64,000 nucleotides of DNA. Source: Octopus sinensis (Eukaryota). The translations under genes and the position numbers were made by a program. This document shows, piece by piece, positions 1-12,097 of the stretch; the first letter of the stretch is position 1; the number at the start of each line of letters is the position of its first letter. Location: the NCBI RefSeq assembly GCF_006345805.1, contig NC_043013.1, positions 12,214,001 to 12,278,000 on the forward strand. The letters are read 5' to 3'. The notes under the pieces were generated by a model. The model saw nothing but the letters and a program-made list of their open reading frames with translations. It was not told the origin of the DNA and did not search any database.

Positions 1-289
1 ATAACGATAAATTACCTAGACGTTTCGATGGAGCTTCGGCCTTTCAGTTCTTATTCCTTTCTCAAGAAAGTGTATAGGACAAGCATAAAGAGCGAGAGAA
101 AGGGAATATTCATTGTAAAGAGAATGGAACGTGCTTTGGTAACCAGATGAAAATGCTATTCTATATAATGAGCTAAGAGAGCAAATGAAGTGTTGTTAGA
201 TTCACGTATAAGAGTGTATCTGTCTGGAAGCGGGAATAAGAGTAGTGGCTTGATGTGAAAGTAGGATATACATACATGCATATATAATA

Positions 290-321
<32 letters not shown>

Positions 322-322
<1 letters not shown>

Positions 323-536
323 GTTAATCTAAACAAGAAAAAACAAAAAAACACAACAACGCGAGGACGTGGAACAAATATAGTATTATTGGACGCTCAG
401 GAAAGAAGGGAAGAAGGGGGGTTTAACGTTTCGAGCGGAGCTCTTCGTCGGAAACATAGAAGAAGGAAATATCCAGAGAAGGGAAGATAGAGGAAAAAAA
501 TCGCCAACGGTACACACGAGGTCACATTTTGAAAGG
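322..536 (-). mobile_element. Penelope-like terminal repeat (family P1) carrying a minimal hammerhead
   Basis: Diverged second copy at ~36940-37146. Contains a hammerhead core, sits next to (TA)n. The PLE assignment rests on the known PLE-hammerhead association. Confidence 0.6.
421..455 (-). ncRNA. Minimal type I hammerhead ribozyme candidate
   Basis: Minus strand GUUU-CCGACGA-A-GAGC-UCC-GCUC-GAAA-CG-UU^AAAC: stem I GUUU/AAAC, stem II GAGC/GCUC, palindromic AACGUU stem III. Confidence 0.65.
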
Positions 537-1446
537 CCGATATATATATTCGTAGTGAAAGCAATTATGCGGATAAACCTATTAGTTATAACAGCTTCGA
601 TTTTATATACAATGTGTGTATGTGTGTGCATGCAAGAAGAAAGAAAATACTGATTTTTAGACAATGAATATTTAAATATTAATTTATGGATATTTATACG
701 GGGTGTTAGAAATTCATAAATTATGTTAAGTTAAACGGGTAAGCAGTTTTTCATGCTGCACTGTAAGGTCAGAATGAAGTCTATTGTCAAAATGGAGGAA
801 GCTTGGTGTTATTAGACAAAACTGTGAAACTCTAACGAATTGGCCAGACGTTGGCAAACCTTTATAAGCAGAGATAATTGTACCCACCAGTTTCTGTGCC
901 GGTTTTTTCTGTGAGACAAAGTTGTTCAATTGGATTCTGGAAGATATGATTGCCTGCTTAGTTCGTGCACATTGTGCTTTGTGTTAAGCATTTAGGGATT
1001 TATTTTATGCTCCAGGAATTCGCCAGAACTTTTGTCAGATTTAAAACAATTTCCGTGTCATATCTGGGTCCAAGGATCAAAATCCAAGGTTCGAAAACCG
1101 AATTTGTACTAAGATAGAAATCCAGATTTTATGGAATCCAAATTTTTGGAATGCATATTTTTGAAAAACCAAAATTGTGAGGCCAATTTTGGTGAAAACA
1201 AAAACCGGGATTCGGAGTCCGAATTTCTGAACTGTATATATATGTTACCTTTGTAAATATTTTGACTGCGTAGCTGGTGTAGCATTTGCTTTTTGCTCGT
1301 GTATATATTCGTTTTGTATGTAAGCTGCTCTTTATGCTGACTATTGTTAATAATATTTTAGAGCAAATTTCATGGTGTGTTGTTGTTTTGGGTTCACCGT
1401 ATCCTCGCTGATTCTGTAAATCCAGGTTATGCCCACCAGGTCTTAA

Positions 1447-2117
1447 CATAGGTTTGATCAATAAGTATCCGGACTGGTGCTATAAAAACAAAACTACAAG
1501 AAGTACCAGTTTGGTATTTAATCTCCTTCTTACTAGTCCCCTTTGGAAGCCACACACTTACTTCAGCACTGCTTCCTTTGATGGAAGTATTCCTGCAATC
1601 TGTTTTCTCGAATAATTAGCAGCTGCCTCGTTGCATTTAATTTTTGGAAGGAGGAAAAATTTGCAAGAGGCGAAATGTGGGGAACATGAAGGCGGTCGAA
1701 CCTGGGGAATGCTGTGCCTAGCCAAACACTGCTGTACAAGCTGCGCTGCTTGGACAGGTGCTTTGTCATGGTGCAATTGCAATTCACTGGACTCATGCAA
1801 TTGTAGTCTTTACCGAGTAATAGCATCCTGCAAACGCCGCAAAAGGTCGTGAGAGTACTCCCTGTTTACTGTCTGACCAGGTGGAACATACTCATGATGA
1901 ACAATCCCCTTATAGTCGAAGAAAATGGTCAAGAGGGTCTTCACATTGCTTCGACTCATTCGTGCTTTCTTCGGTCTCGGAGAGTTTGGGGGCCTTCCAC
2001 TGCGAAGACTGGACCTTTGTTTCGGAGTCATAGCCATAAATCCACAATTCATCACCCGTTATGACCGTTTTCAAAACGTTTTAATCGCTCTCGACACAAT
2101 CAAGGAGATTTTGTGAT
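1447..2117 (-). mobile_element. Mariner (DD34D) transposase pseudogene, 3' part with TIR
   Basis: Peptides VITGDELWIYGYDSETK, SPRPKKARMSRSNVKTLLTIFFDYKGIVHHEYVPPGQTVN, HHDKAP and a degenerate YSPDLAP region, with frameshifts. TIR-like GGTTTGATCAATAAGTATCCGGAC at ~1451-1474. Confidence 0.92.
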
Positions 2118-2254
2118 CAAGTACCAGGGTGAGGGAATAAATATAATGGTGAAGGATAGGAATGGCCAGAGTAATGAAGGAGATGTGTTTAATGTGTATG
2201 CAACTGTATAAAGAAAAGTACGTAAGGATGTGAGAGTGTTTTTTTTTTTTTTCA

Positions 2255-2650
2255 AGGACCGAGAATCACTTGTTTGGGTGCCTTGTTGGGTAATGTATAG
2301 TTACCTGATGCTTTGGTGTACAGAATTAACTATACGTTGAATGCTTTCCATCATGATCCTTTCGTTCTCTTCAGTCTGACTGTTTAATGATGTCTTGGCT
2401 ATGATATTGATGTTATCCACATATCTCCCGTACAGTCTGATTGCTACCTAGTGTTCCTCAAGAGCTTGTTTCAGTTTTTGTCCAACCAGGTCATGAAGTG
2501 GCCCACCACGTCCCTAGCAACAATGACACCGATGGCCTCTCCGTGACCTTGTATATAGCTGTAGGGTGGTTTTTAGACTTGCGCCCACTGCATGTGCAAT
2601 CATTTTCAGTGTCTAGCCATGCTTGATTTGAGGAATATCGCTATTTTCTT
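2255..2650 (-). mobile_element. Penelope-like reverse transcriptase relic
   Basis: Frameshifted peptides QGHGEAIGVIVARDVVGHFMTWLD, IRLYGRYVDNINII (YVDD-like) and VTIHYPTRHPNK fit PLE RT motifs. Confidence 0.68.
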
Positions 2651-3350
2651 CCAGGATTCAGGAATTGTCCCAAACGGTATAGTAAAACCCTATATAGGGT
2701 TGACTCTAAACCCCCAGTATTCATGTTCTTTTATACATTTCATGTTCGGATATACATTTAATCAACGAGGTAAAATAGAAAAACTAATTTAATAATGTTT
2801 GTTGTTGATTCAACACTTTCTATAACTCAATTCACGCAAATGATTGAAAGTAATTGTAAAATCAAATGAGCATATAAATTTCGTTGAGCAGAGTTGACTG
2901 TACAGTGATTTTGAGCGGAGTCTTTTGCCAGACAGTAGGAGTTATATCAATAGGTCGAAATATTGCAATTCAGAGGTTTGTACGAAGCTTCGCATCTATA
3001 AAAAATTATTACCTAAATAACTGTTATTCGATATTACTCATGTTAGTCTAATGCATGTGTATTTGCATAACGGAAGATTTCTTTCACTAGTTATTACCGA
3101 TTAGTTACACCACACTTTACAATGAGTGTGGTTTGAGTGGAGACCTTTACACACAGGAGAGATCATTTGCTGTCGTCAGGAGATATTATAAGAGACATAT
3201 CTGAAGAACCTTTCGACATTGCAAACAATGATAATATAGAAGAAACTGTTTCAAAATTTATTCTCACCCTGAAATATAGACATTTTAAAATTAGGAATGT
3301 TCTGGATAATCAAAGGAGTACTTAAGTGCGATGATTATGTACATCGTTCA

Positions 3351-3712
3351 TAATTTGAACGAAAGGATGAAAGGATGAAAGGCAAAGTCGACCTCGGTGG
3401 AATTTGAATTCAGACCGTAAGGACAGACGAAATACCGCTAAGCATTTCGCTAAGCGTGCTAACGTTTCTTATTTCTTTATTGTCCACAAGGAGCTAAAGG
3501 AGCTAAACACACAAGGGACAAACAAGTACAGACAAAGGGATTAAGTCGATTACATCGACACCAGTGCGCAACTGGTACTTAATTTATCGACCCCGAAAGG
3601 ATGAAAGGTAAAGTTGACCTCGGCAGAATTTGAACTCAGAACGCAGCGGCGAACGAAATAACACTAAGCATTTCGCCCGGCGTGCTAACGTTTCTGCCAA
3701 CTCGCTACCTTA
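3351..3712 (-). mobile_element. SINE family B1, head-to-tail dimer (full unit 3470-3712, truncated unit 3351-3469)
   Basis: tRNA-like head with B box; body GTCGACTTTGCCTTTCATCCTTTCGGGGTCGAT; homologous to 7826-8059. Confidence 0.9.
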
Positions 3713-4044
3713 GCCATTGCTTATATTACAAGTTAAATCAATTTATATGCTCAACAGGAGATTATAGATCGGTTATCACCATTCAGAATCATTTCAAACA
3801 AGAAAATCAACCAGAATCGAATAGAATTTCCGAGACACTACAGGTGTTTGCTCGATGAGAAATACATATCGAAAGAATCGATGAACCGTACCGAAAAAGG
3901 TAGTGTTGTTGGTGTGGTGGTTGAGGTGGTGATGATGGTGATAGTGGTGGTGGTGGTTTTTATGGTGGTGTTGGTTGTGCTGGTGGTGGATATGCGATAT
4001 ACTGCTGAGCAACCTGCATGTATGTTTTCTTTTTAGTGATCAAA

Positions 4045-4258
4045 TTTGTGTGCCCCTCATTAGCTCACTCCTACCATCAAGTCGGCGTGGCCTGAACAGG
4101 TGCACGGTGTACCACATGTCACATGCCGCATTGATTGCAGAGGAATGTGAGAGAAAGTATTTTGCGCAAGAACACAACGTTCCACCCTGTCCTAGAATTG
4201 AAATATCGAATTTGCGATCATGAGTGCAACACTCGAGCCACCAGGCCATGCAAACTCC
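4045..4258 (-). mobile_element. Diverged SINE family D (tRNA head plus CORE-like segment)
   Basis: Degenerate A and B boxes, then GTTGTGTTCTTGCGCAAAATACTT similar to the 39595-39924 copy. Confidence 0.6.
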
Positions 4259-5389
4259 ACACATTCATAAACAGACGCACAAACACCAACGTGTGTGTAT
4301 AAATATATATATATACTGATGTACATATATACTAATATTTTACACGTGCAAACCAATATATATGTATATGTCTATATATATATATATGTTACCATCCACA
4401 TGTCTTGTTAAACATAATCTGACACACATACGTATACACACAAAGCTCTCAAGTGTATTGAACATGATGAAGAAGGGATAAGATACCATAAAACCACTTA
4501 GTGGCATCATACTTGAGAGTTAATGGCATACTTCCGATCATCACTAACATCTGATTTTTTAACCCTTTTAAGATTGATTGCCGATGATGGAAGGATGTAA
4601 AAAAACAACCACGAAATACTATAAAAACCATGGTTCATGTCTCCATCTCTTTCTCCCACTCTTCGGATAGATAGATAGATATACCGTACATGCAATAATA
4701 TGTATATGAATGTATAACATAATTTACTCTACTTAATGCATTGAGTCCTTTATTTAGTGAATATTTTAGGTTTTTCTGTAAAACTATGATCATTTATTAT
4801 AATTTATACATATGTGTATAAGAACACACACAAACATCACACCCTCACACACGCACACACACACACACGCACGCATACAGAGTAATTTATTTTCCTTTAC
4901 ATCGATATCATCGTATATACTGATTAATTCGGATTAGTGCCCTCTTCTTCGTTACCATAATCACAATGTTTCGCTATTTGTAGTAACCCGGCTTCCTCCG
5001 GGGCCCTGTCGTACTCGGTATATTACTCGGAATTTCAAACCGGGACATTTTATATCTCCTTTGGTTTTAAAATACTCCCATTGCCAAATTCATACCCAGA
5101 ATATTCTAGTATTAGTCAATCTTCTACTTGTGTTGTGGCTGTAATATCCAAGACAAGGACAAGAGTTCAAATAAATAAGTATTTTTATCATGATAATTCA
5201 ACCTTCATCAAGTATTCTTGATTGTGGTTCAATCCAAAGACTTTCCATTCTTGATGATCAAAACGTTTTTTCCCGTATCTGAAACAACACTCTCTTTGAA
5301 TCCTAGATGATAACGTAGGATTTGTGAAAGATTTAGATGTTACTTTTTGTAGACTTTGCGTTCAAGTCGAACAAGTTTTTTTTATATTT

Positions 5390-5640
5390 ATCTGAAACTA
5401 CATTATTTCCCATCTTAAGTTAAGATGGAATTTGAGGGGGATTTAAGTGCTATTTTTAGAAGGCGTTCCATTTTTGTTTATCTAGACATGTTTTCTATAT
5501 CTAAAACTACATTCCTTCCGATCGTGCGATAAAGTTCCATTTGAGAGAGATTTGGATGCTTATTTTAAAAGGCGTTTCATTATTTTTGATCCAAACTCTT
5601 TTAAGTATCAAAAATTACATTCTTTCCGATCTTGAGGTGA
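5390..5640. repeat. Decayed ~109-bp tandem repeat related to family E
   Basis: Units start at ~5390, 5499 and 5607 (ATCTRAAACTACATT...TTTGAG.G.GATTT...AAGGCGTT). Confidence 0.6.
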
Positions 5641-6121
5641 GGTGATAGGGTGATATCTGAGGAATATTTTTGGGAGCTATTTTTTAATCCTTATTCTAAT
5701 ATTGATGGAAATGTCCTTAAAAATAATCGGTTGGGTGGAGGATCGGGTAATCGATATGGGGTATTGATTTTTATTTTCTGCATGGTTTACGTTATATCTT
5801 CAGATATAGAATTTCTTCTAGAAAGCTTAATATCGTAATTATTATATGTAGCTACAGAGATAGGGATGTTTCTTAGATCCTTCGCAGTGCTGATTAAGTC
5901 CCCTTGCTGTGTATTTCTAGATTCTATTCCTTTGTTATTAGAGACTGACAAACCTGTATCTCTGTGTAGTCTTTCATTCTCTTTCTTGTTTCAGTCATTT
6001 GACTGCGGCCAAGCTGGAGCACCGCAAGAAGTTTCGTCAGAAATATTGCAGTGTAATATAGTATTCCTTCAGATAAACCAAGAATTTTTATAACCACTGT
6101 AACAAAGGGTTTCGTAGTTAG

Positions 6122-6150
<29 letters not shown>

Positions 6151-6154
<4 letters not shown>

Positions 6155-6689
6155 TGGTATCTACGAATAGTAGTACCCTCAATATAATATAAATGAATAT
6201 TTTCAAAGAGGAAGAATTTACGGATTTTTTCTCTTACGAGGTTTTTCACGCTGACTACTGATAATTTCTTTTAAAGATTTTATCCTCAATTGTTAATTTA
6301 TATTTTTCACCGGAATAGTTCAATACTGAATTTTTATTCCGAATAGACAATTTGGTTCCGAAATGCATTGCGAATAAGCCCGCCATTTTCATAGATATGT
6401 AAAGATAAACATTCGGACATGCTACGACGAATTCTACGGTTGGCTATCCAGTTTGTAATGTTATGTTTTTTCTTATATTCTTGAGTTTGTTGCACTGATG
6501 AACATAAAATGCATATTCTGCATTTAAATGCGAAATCACATGTGATATGTAACTGAATTCTTTTTTAAAATGATGTGTTTTGAAGTTTTGCATTCGGTAA
6601 AATTTTGTTTATTTTAGTAGTTTTGACCGCATTGGTCCCTCTTAGCGTGTTGGTATCTCGAATAGTAGTACCTTCAATATAATATAAAT
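6151..6689. repeat. ~44-bp direct repeats (6151-6194, 6647-6689) flanking ~450 bp, embedded in (TA)n
   Basis: GTGTTGGTATCT(A)CGAATAGTAGTACC(C/T)TCAATATAATATAAAT occurs twice. Confidence 0.75.
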
Positions 6690-6880
<191 letters not shown>

Positions 6881-7186
6881 TGGAGGCGCAATGGCCCAGT
6901 GGTTAGGGTAGCGGACTCGCGGTCGGAAGATCGTGGTTTCGATTCCCAGACCGGGCGTTGTGTGTGTTTATTGAGCGAAAACACCTAAAAGCTCCACGAG
7001 GCTCCGGCATGGGGGGGGTGATCCCTGCTGTACTCTTTCACCACCGTTTCTCCCACTCTTTCCTCTGTTAGCCTGCTCGCTTAGCCAGCGGGGTGGCGTC
7101 ATTCAAAGGCTAAAACAATGCGAACGCATTGTGACCAGCGATGTGTAACAACATCTGATGGTCTGGTCGGTCACGTGATCACGTGA
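6881..7186 (+). mobile_element. SINE family C1
   Basis: A box TGGCCCAGTGG, B box GTTTCGATTCCC, tail CACGTGATCACGTGA; paralog at 28322-28632. Confidence 0.92.
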
Positions 7187-7202
7187 TATATGTATATATA
7201 TG

Positions 7203-7238
<36 letters not shown>

Positions 7239-7489
7239 CCTGGCCTACGTCCACTTTATTAAATCTCAGCTAAAACCAAAATCATAACGTGGCCTACTCT
7301 ACAAAGTTTCAATGTGAATTCTAGTATTGGAGAAGAATTTCCTTAATCTGATTCAGAAACAGAATGGTTTATATAAATAATTAAAACATTTCTATTGGTA
7401 AATTTAAACGTGAGCGATAGTAACATGATGAATATTTTCATCATAACCAATATATAAACACCTATATATCTATATCTATATTATCTATC

Positions 7490-7596
<107 letters not shown>

Positions 7597-7825
7597 CTCT
7601 TAAAGCAAAAAGTTGTTAATTATATAAAAATATCTTTAAAAATGTCATGAGAATAGCGCAAAAATTTTGGGAGAAGAATTCATATGCTGCGGAGCTCTCT
7701 GTGTCGACGAATTTGCTTTTGCAGCGGTGTTGACTACTTCCGGCTGGAGATAAACTCTCAAGACACGCACGTGCTATTAGCCAAGCCTGACTGAGATGTA
7801 CATATTGCAACGCATTTACGAATTT

Positions 7826-8059
7826 AAGGCGGCGAGCTGGCAGAAACGTTAGAATGCCGGGTGAAATGCGTAACCGTGTTTCGTCTGCCGCTACGTTCTG
7901 AGTTCAAATTCCGCCGAGGTCGACTTTGCCTTTTCATCCTTTCGGGGTCGATAAATAAAGTATCAGTTACGCACTGGGGTCGATGTAATAGACTTAATCC
8001 GGTTGTCTGTCCTTGTTTGTCCCCTCTATGTTTAGCCCCTTGTGGGCAATAAAGAAATA
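7826..8059 (+). mobile_element. SINE family B1, full length
   Basis: Starts AAGGCGGCGAGCTGGCAGAA, B box GAGTTCAAATTCC, ends GTGGGCAATAAAGAAATA. Confidence 0.92.
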
Positions 8060-8635
8060 TATTGTAACGAATCTAATCTGCACGAATCTGGTCGTCTCGT
8101 ACCCTGACTTGTGGAGCTGTATGAAACAGATCTTATCAATTCTAGGGAGTATTCTGCAATACACCGGGTCCATTATGAAGTCCTTCGCCTTATCTTCCTT
8201 TGGCCAGGAAAAGAGCTTGTGAAGTGGATGAGATTAAAAAGGATCGAGGTAGCCAACTGTTTTGGCCAAACCTCTTATCAACGTTATCAAGTTTCACTTT
8301 AAAACGAGAGTAAATGTGATCCAAGTGATCTTGGCTTCTCTGAGCATGCATCTGTGTTTTCGAGAAGGACCGCTGAAAAGGGTCCCTTGCATTAGGGGTC
8401 AGCATGACTAAGTTTATATACGACTCCTACAAATAGCTTTCAAATGCCTCACTTGTTCCTTTGAAGAGTTTTTATTTGAATATTTTTTTCTTCATCTCAT
8501 TTACACATTTTTTATGTAATACCGCACTGTATCGATCGGTACAATGCTCGGCTTTTTGTCAACGCTTTGTACTAGATAGGCAAGGAAGTATTATCAATAT
8601 TTTTTTCTACTGTAGTTAATATTATGATTCTTCCT

Positions 8636-8637
8636 TC

Positions 8638-8714
<77 letters not shown>

Positions 8715-8724
8715 CATTTTCATA

Positions 8725-8780
<56 letters not shown>

Positions 8781-9122
8781 AATTATTGTTATTATTATTG
8801 CCATCATCATTATTATTATTGAAAATGTGATTTATGTTTTGATGAGGAAAAAGTGCACGACTATAATAATAATAATAATTGTTATTATTATTATTGTTAT
8901 TAATATTGCTGTTGTTGTTGCTGATGATGATGAAGAGAAGGAGGAGGAGGAGGACTATGATGATTACGATGATGATGACGATGATGATGACGATGATGGT
9001 GACGATGATGATGTTGATGATGTTGACGATGTTGATGGTACTTTTGTTATTAGTATCTTTTGACCCATGAGACTCGGTTCTATAAATATTATGACAACCA
9101 CAACAACAACAACAACAATAAC

Positions 9123-9159
<37 letters not shown>

Positions 9160-9581
9160 TCAGTAACAACAACAACAGCATCAATTAATGTTATTGTTTT
9201 ATAATAATGTGTTTTATGGATATTGTTATTACGGTTATTATTGTATATTTTGTTATAAGTAGTATATTTTTGATGTGGTTATAATTGTTGTATATATAAT
9301 TTTTAATGTTGATATGCTTCTTTTTATGATGCTTCTCTTTTACTAATGTTATGGGTACACACACAAGAAACACACACTCAAACATGTAATTATATATATG
9401 TATGTATATACATAGAGAAAGAGAGAGATGCATATATATATACACATAAGCATATATATATTTATATATATATTGCCGTTTTATTTCATACATGTAAACA
9501 ATGTCCTTCTTACCGTCATTGATGTAAAGATAATAATGATAATAGTAATAATAATAATGATGGTGATAATAATATAATATG

Positions 9582-9654
<73 letters not shown>

Positions 9655-9745
9655 TAATATAATATAATAATAATAATATATAATAATATAATAATAATAA
9701 TAATAATAATGGTGATAACAACACCAACAGCAGCGAAAACAGCAA
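8636..9745. repeat. Compound trinucleotide field (CTT, ATT, GAT, ACA, AAT)
   Basis: Read directly. Confidence 0.95.
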
Positions 9746-9941
9746 TATGAAATATTATTATTGTTATATTTGTGATTTAACGCTATTCATTTTCTTGAAA
9801 ATATTTTTGTGTTTTCATATATTTTTTAGTATATATATATATATATATATATGCACATTCATATGAATGTGTTTATATGCATGCATAATGTATACGTATA
9901 TACACCTGCGTGATTGTGCCTCTCCTGATTATATGTATATA

Positions 9942-9982
<41 letters not shown>

Positions 9983-10121
9983 ATATATATATATATATAT
10001 ATGGATGTATATGTATGTATATGTATGTATATGTATGTATGTATGTATGTATGTATGCATGTATGTATGAGTGTATATAAATATTATATTTATATTCATG
10101 TATACCTATGTGTATATATGT

Positions 10122-10201
10122 ATAGGAGAGTTTACGAAAAAAACAAAAGCCGAAGACAGGTGGTGTACAAAACAAACAGATGTATTAGTATAACGCTCAG
10201 G
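10122..10201 (-). mobile_element. Short P1-related terminal fragment (family P2)
   Basis: Inverted paralog at 22158-22238. Shares TAGTAT...ACGCTCAGG with P1 (~381-401). Strand assigned by analogy with P1. Confidence 0.5.
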
Positions 10202-10225
10202 CATAGAAAGTATTTTATACATATA

Positions 10226-10270
<45 letters not shown>

Positions 10271-10641
10271 TGTCTATATATGGGTAGTGTCGGATGATCG
10301 TACTATGATACGAGACATACTAAAATCAGTTTTGCATGTTCCCCAGCACATGAAACTAATAATAACCCATAAATACACATATTGCGTTTATCAAATAAAA
10401 TTTAAGTCTTACCAGATGGAGTACTTTTCTTGTTTTGCTAATCTTACCATCTATATATATATATAGATGGTAATATAAATAAATTATTAAATTGTCAATA
10501 GAATATCTCTATATTTAATTTATCTTTATATATGTACATGCATACATACATACATACATACATGCATACATACATACATACATACATATATATACATACA
10601 TACATACACTTATATAGATATATTGATATGTATGTATGTGT

Positions 10642-11860
10642 TATTGGATTGGCTAAAATTCGCGCTCGGGTTTTGTGAACAAAAACATCAAGTGCTCCAG
10701 TAAACACCGAACCTCTGACTGTATCTTTCTCATGTGCACTCGTTAAATACTCGACACTTCAACGTAGTTCGATGTGAACTTGCAAATATGCACGTTGTAT
10801 TTTGTGTTCTACCTTTGTGCCATAATGGGGAGAACCAAAAGGAGCATTATAGACGCTTCTCAGTTTTGTATTTTAGAAAAACCTGGAGGAAGATATGCAC
10901 TATGTACTGAGAGTATGCTATTACGTACCGTGTATGACAGAAAGATTTCGCTTAAAGATGCTATTAGCTTAAACTGGCTAACTCAGAATTACGGCAATAT
11001 CAATTTCCATTATACAAAGTGGATAAATGCAGGTGTGACCCAAATGTCAAATTACTACTGAAAACCATCTTCATCAACTTGGTTATATCAGAATATTCGA
11101 TAATTTGGTCCCGCATCAAGTGAATGAAGCTAACTTTGTCTAAAGGTTTCCATCTGCAATTCATTGTAGAAACGTTAAGAAAACTATGCTTTATTTAAAT
11201 TGTGACAAGGGATGAAGGATGGATCCTTTATATAACAATGTGAAATTCAAACAATCATGCGGGAAGCGCGGCGAATTACCATAGATGATCTCAAAAGAAG
11301 GACTTCACTCGAAGAAGTTTATGCTGCTAATATGGTGAGATTCAAACGCTGTTGTCTTTTGCGAGCTGCACAGACAGGACCGACCATCAATATGTATAAG
11401 TACTATAACCAGCTATACATATAAAACGCACCTATCTACTAGAAACATCCAGCATTTGCTCATCGAAAGACCATTGTCTCTATCAGGACAATGCCAGACA
11501 ACCCACATCTTCGTAGATGCGGCAGAGGCTAAAGAAGCTGGGCTGGGAAATTTTACCATGCCCCGCATATTCGCTTGCCTAGTGAAAATTCATTGATTGG
11601 ACACACATTTCATTCCTCGACACATCTTTCTGTCATTGAATGGACATGCTTTTTACACCCACCTGAAGTGGGTGTAAAAATTCACCTAATACAGTTCTTC
11701 GTCTATAGAAATGGGAAATTCTTTCAGCAAAGGATAATGGATCTGCCGAAAATATGGCAGAAAACATTAGAACGAAATTATAATTATATCGTTTGTTGAA
11801 TAAATTGTTTAAATTGTTTAAAACTTGTGTCTTATCTTCGTAAAAAAGTGTCGAACAGAT
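10642..11860 (+). mobile_element. Near full-length decayed mariner (mellifera/cecropia-like)
   Basis: Left TIR-like TATTGGATTGGCTAAAATTCG; peptides VPHQVNE, IVTRDEGWILYNN, YQDNARQ, LGWEILPCPAYS; many stops. Confidence 0.88.
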
Positions 11861-11874
11861 AGTTTTGTTAAGAA

Positions 11875-11902
11875 AGAAAGAAAGACAAAAAGAAAGAAAG
11901 AT

Positions 11903-11961
<59 letters not shown>

Positions 11962-12095
11962 TCAGAGAGAATGACAGACAACTCCAAAGAGAATGAGGGG
12001 AACATACACATGTAGATATAGATATCTATACGTGAGTGTGTGTATGATTATACATACATACATACATACATACAGACAGACAGACAGACAGAAAG
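11875..12095. repeat. Compound tetranucleotide microsatellite (AAAG, GATA, CATA, GACA)
   Basis: Read directly. Confidence 0.95.
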
Positions 12096-12097
12096 AA

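Noticed and set aside
21-60. Hammerhead-like GAAACGUC on the minus strand
   Set aside because: No CUGANGA core adjacent to a matching stem I.
695-1010. TATACGGGGTG start resembling a Tc1/mariner TIR
   Set aside because: No partner TIR and no recognisable transposase motif.
3137-3325. 62-aa protein-like ORF
   Set aside because: No motif, splice context or homolog recognised.
6881-6955. tRNA-like heads of SINEs as tRNA genes
   Set aside because: They continue into SINE bodies and lack a convincing cloverleaf.
8060-8420. Possibly decayed coding sequence on the minus strand
   Set aside because: Interrupted by stops and could not be assigned to a family.
8827-9063. Acidic poly-D/E ORF
   Set aside because: Part of a GAT/GAG microsatellite field.
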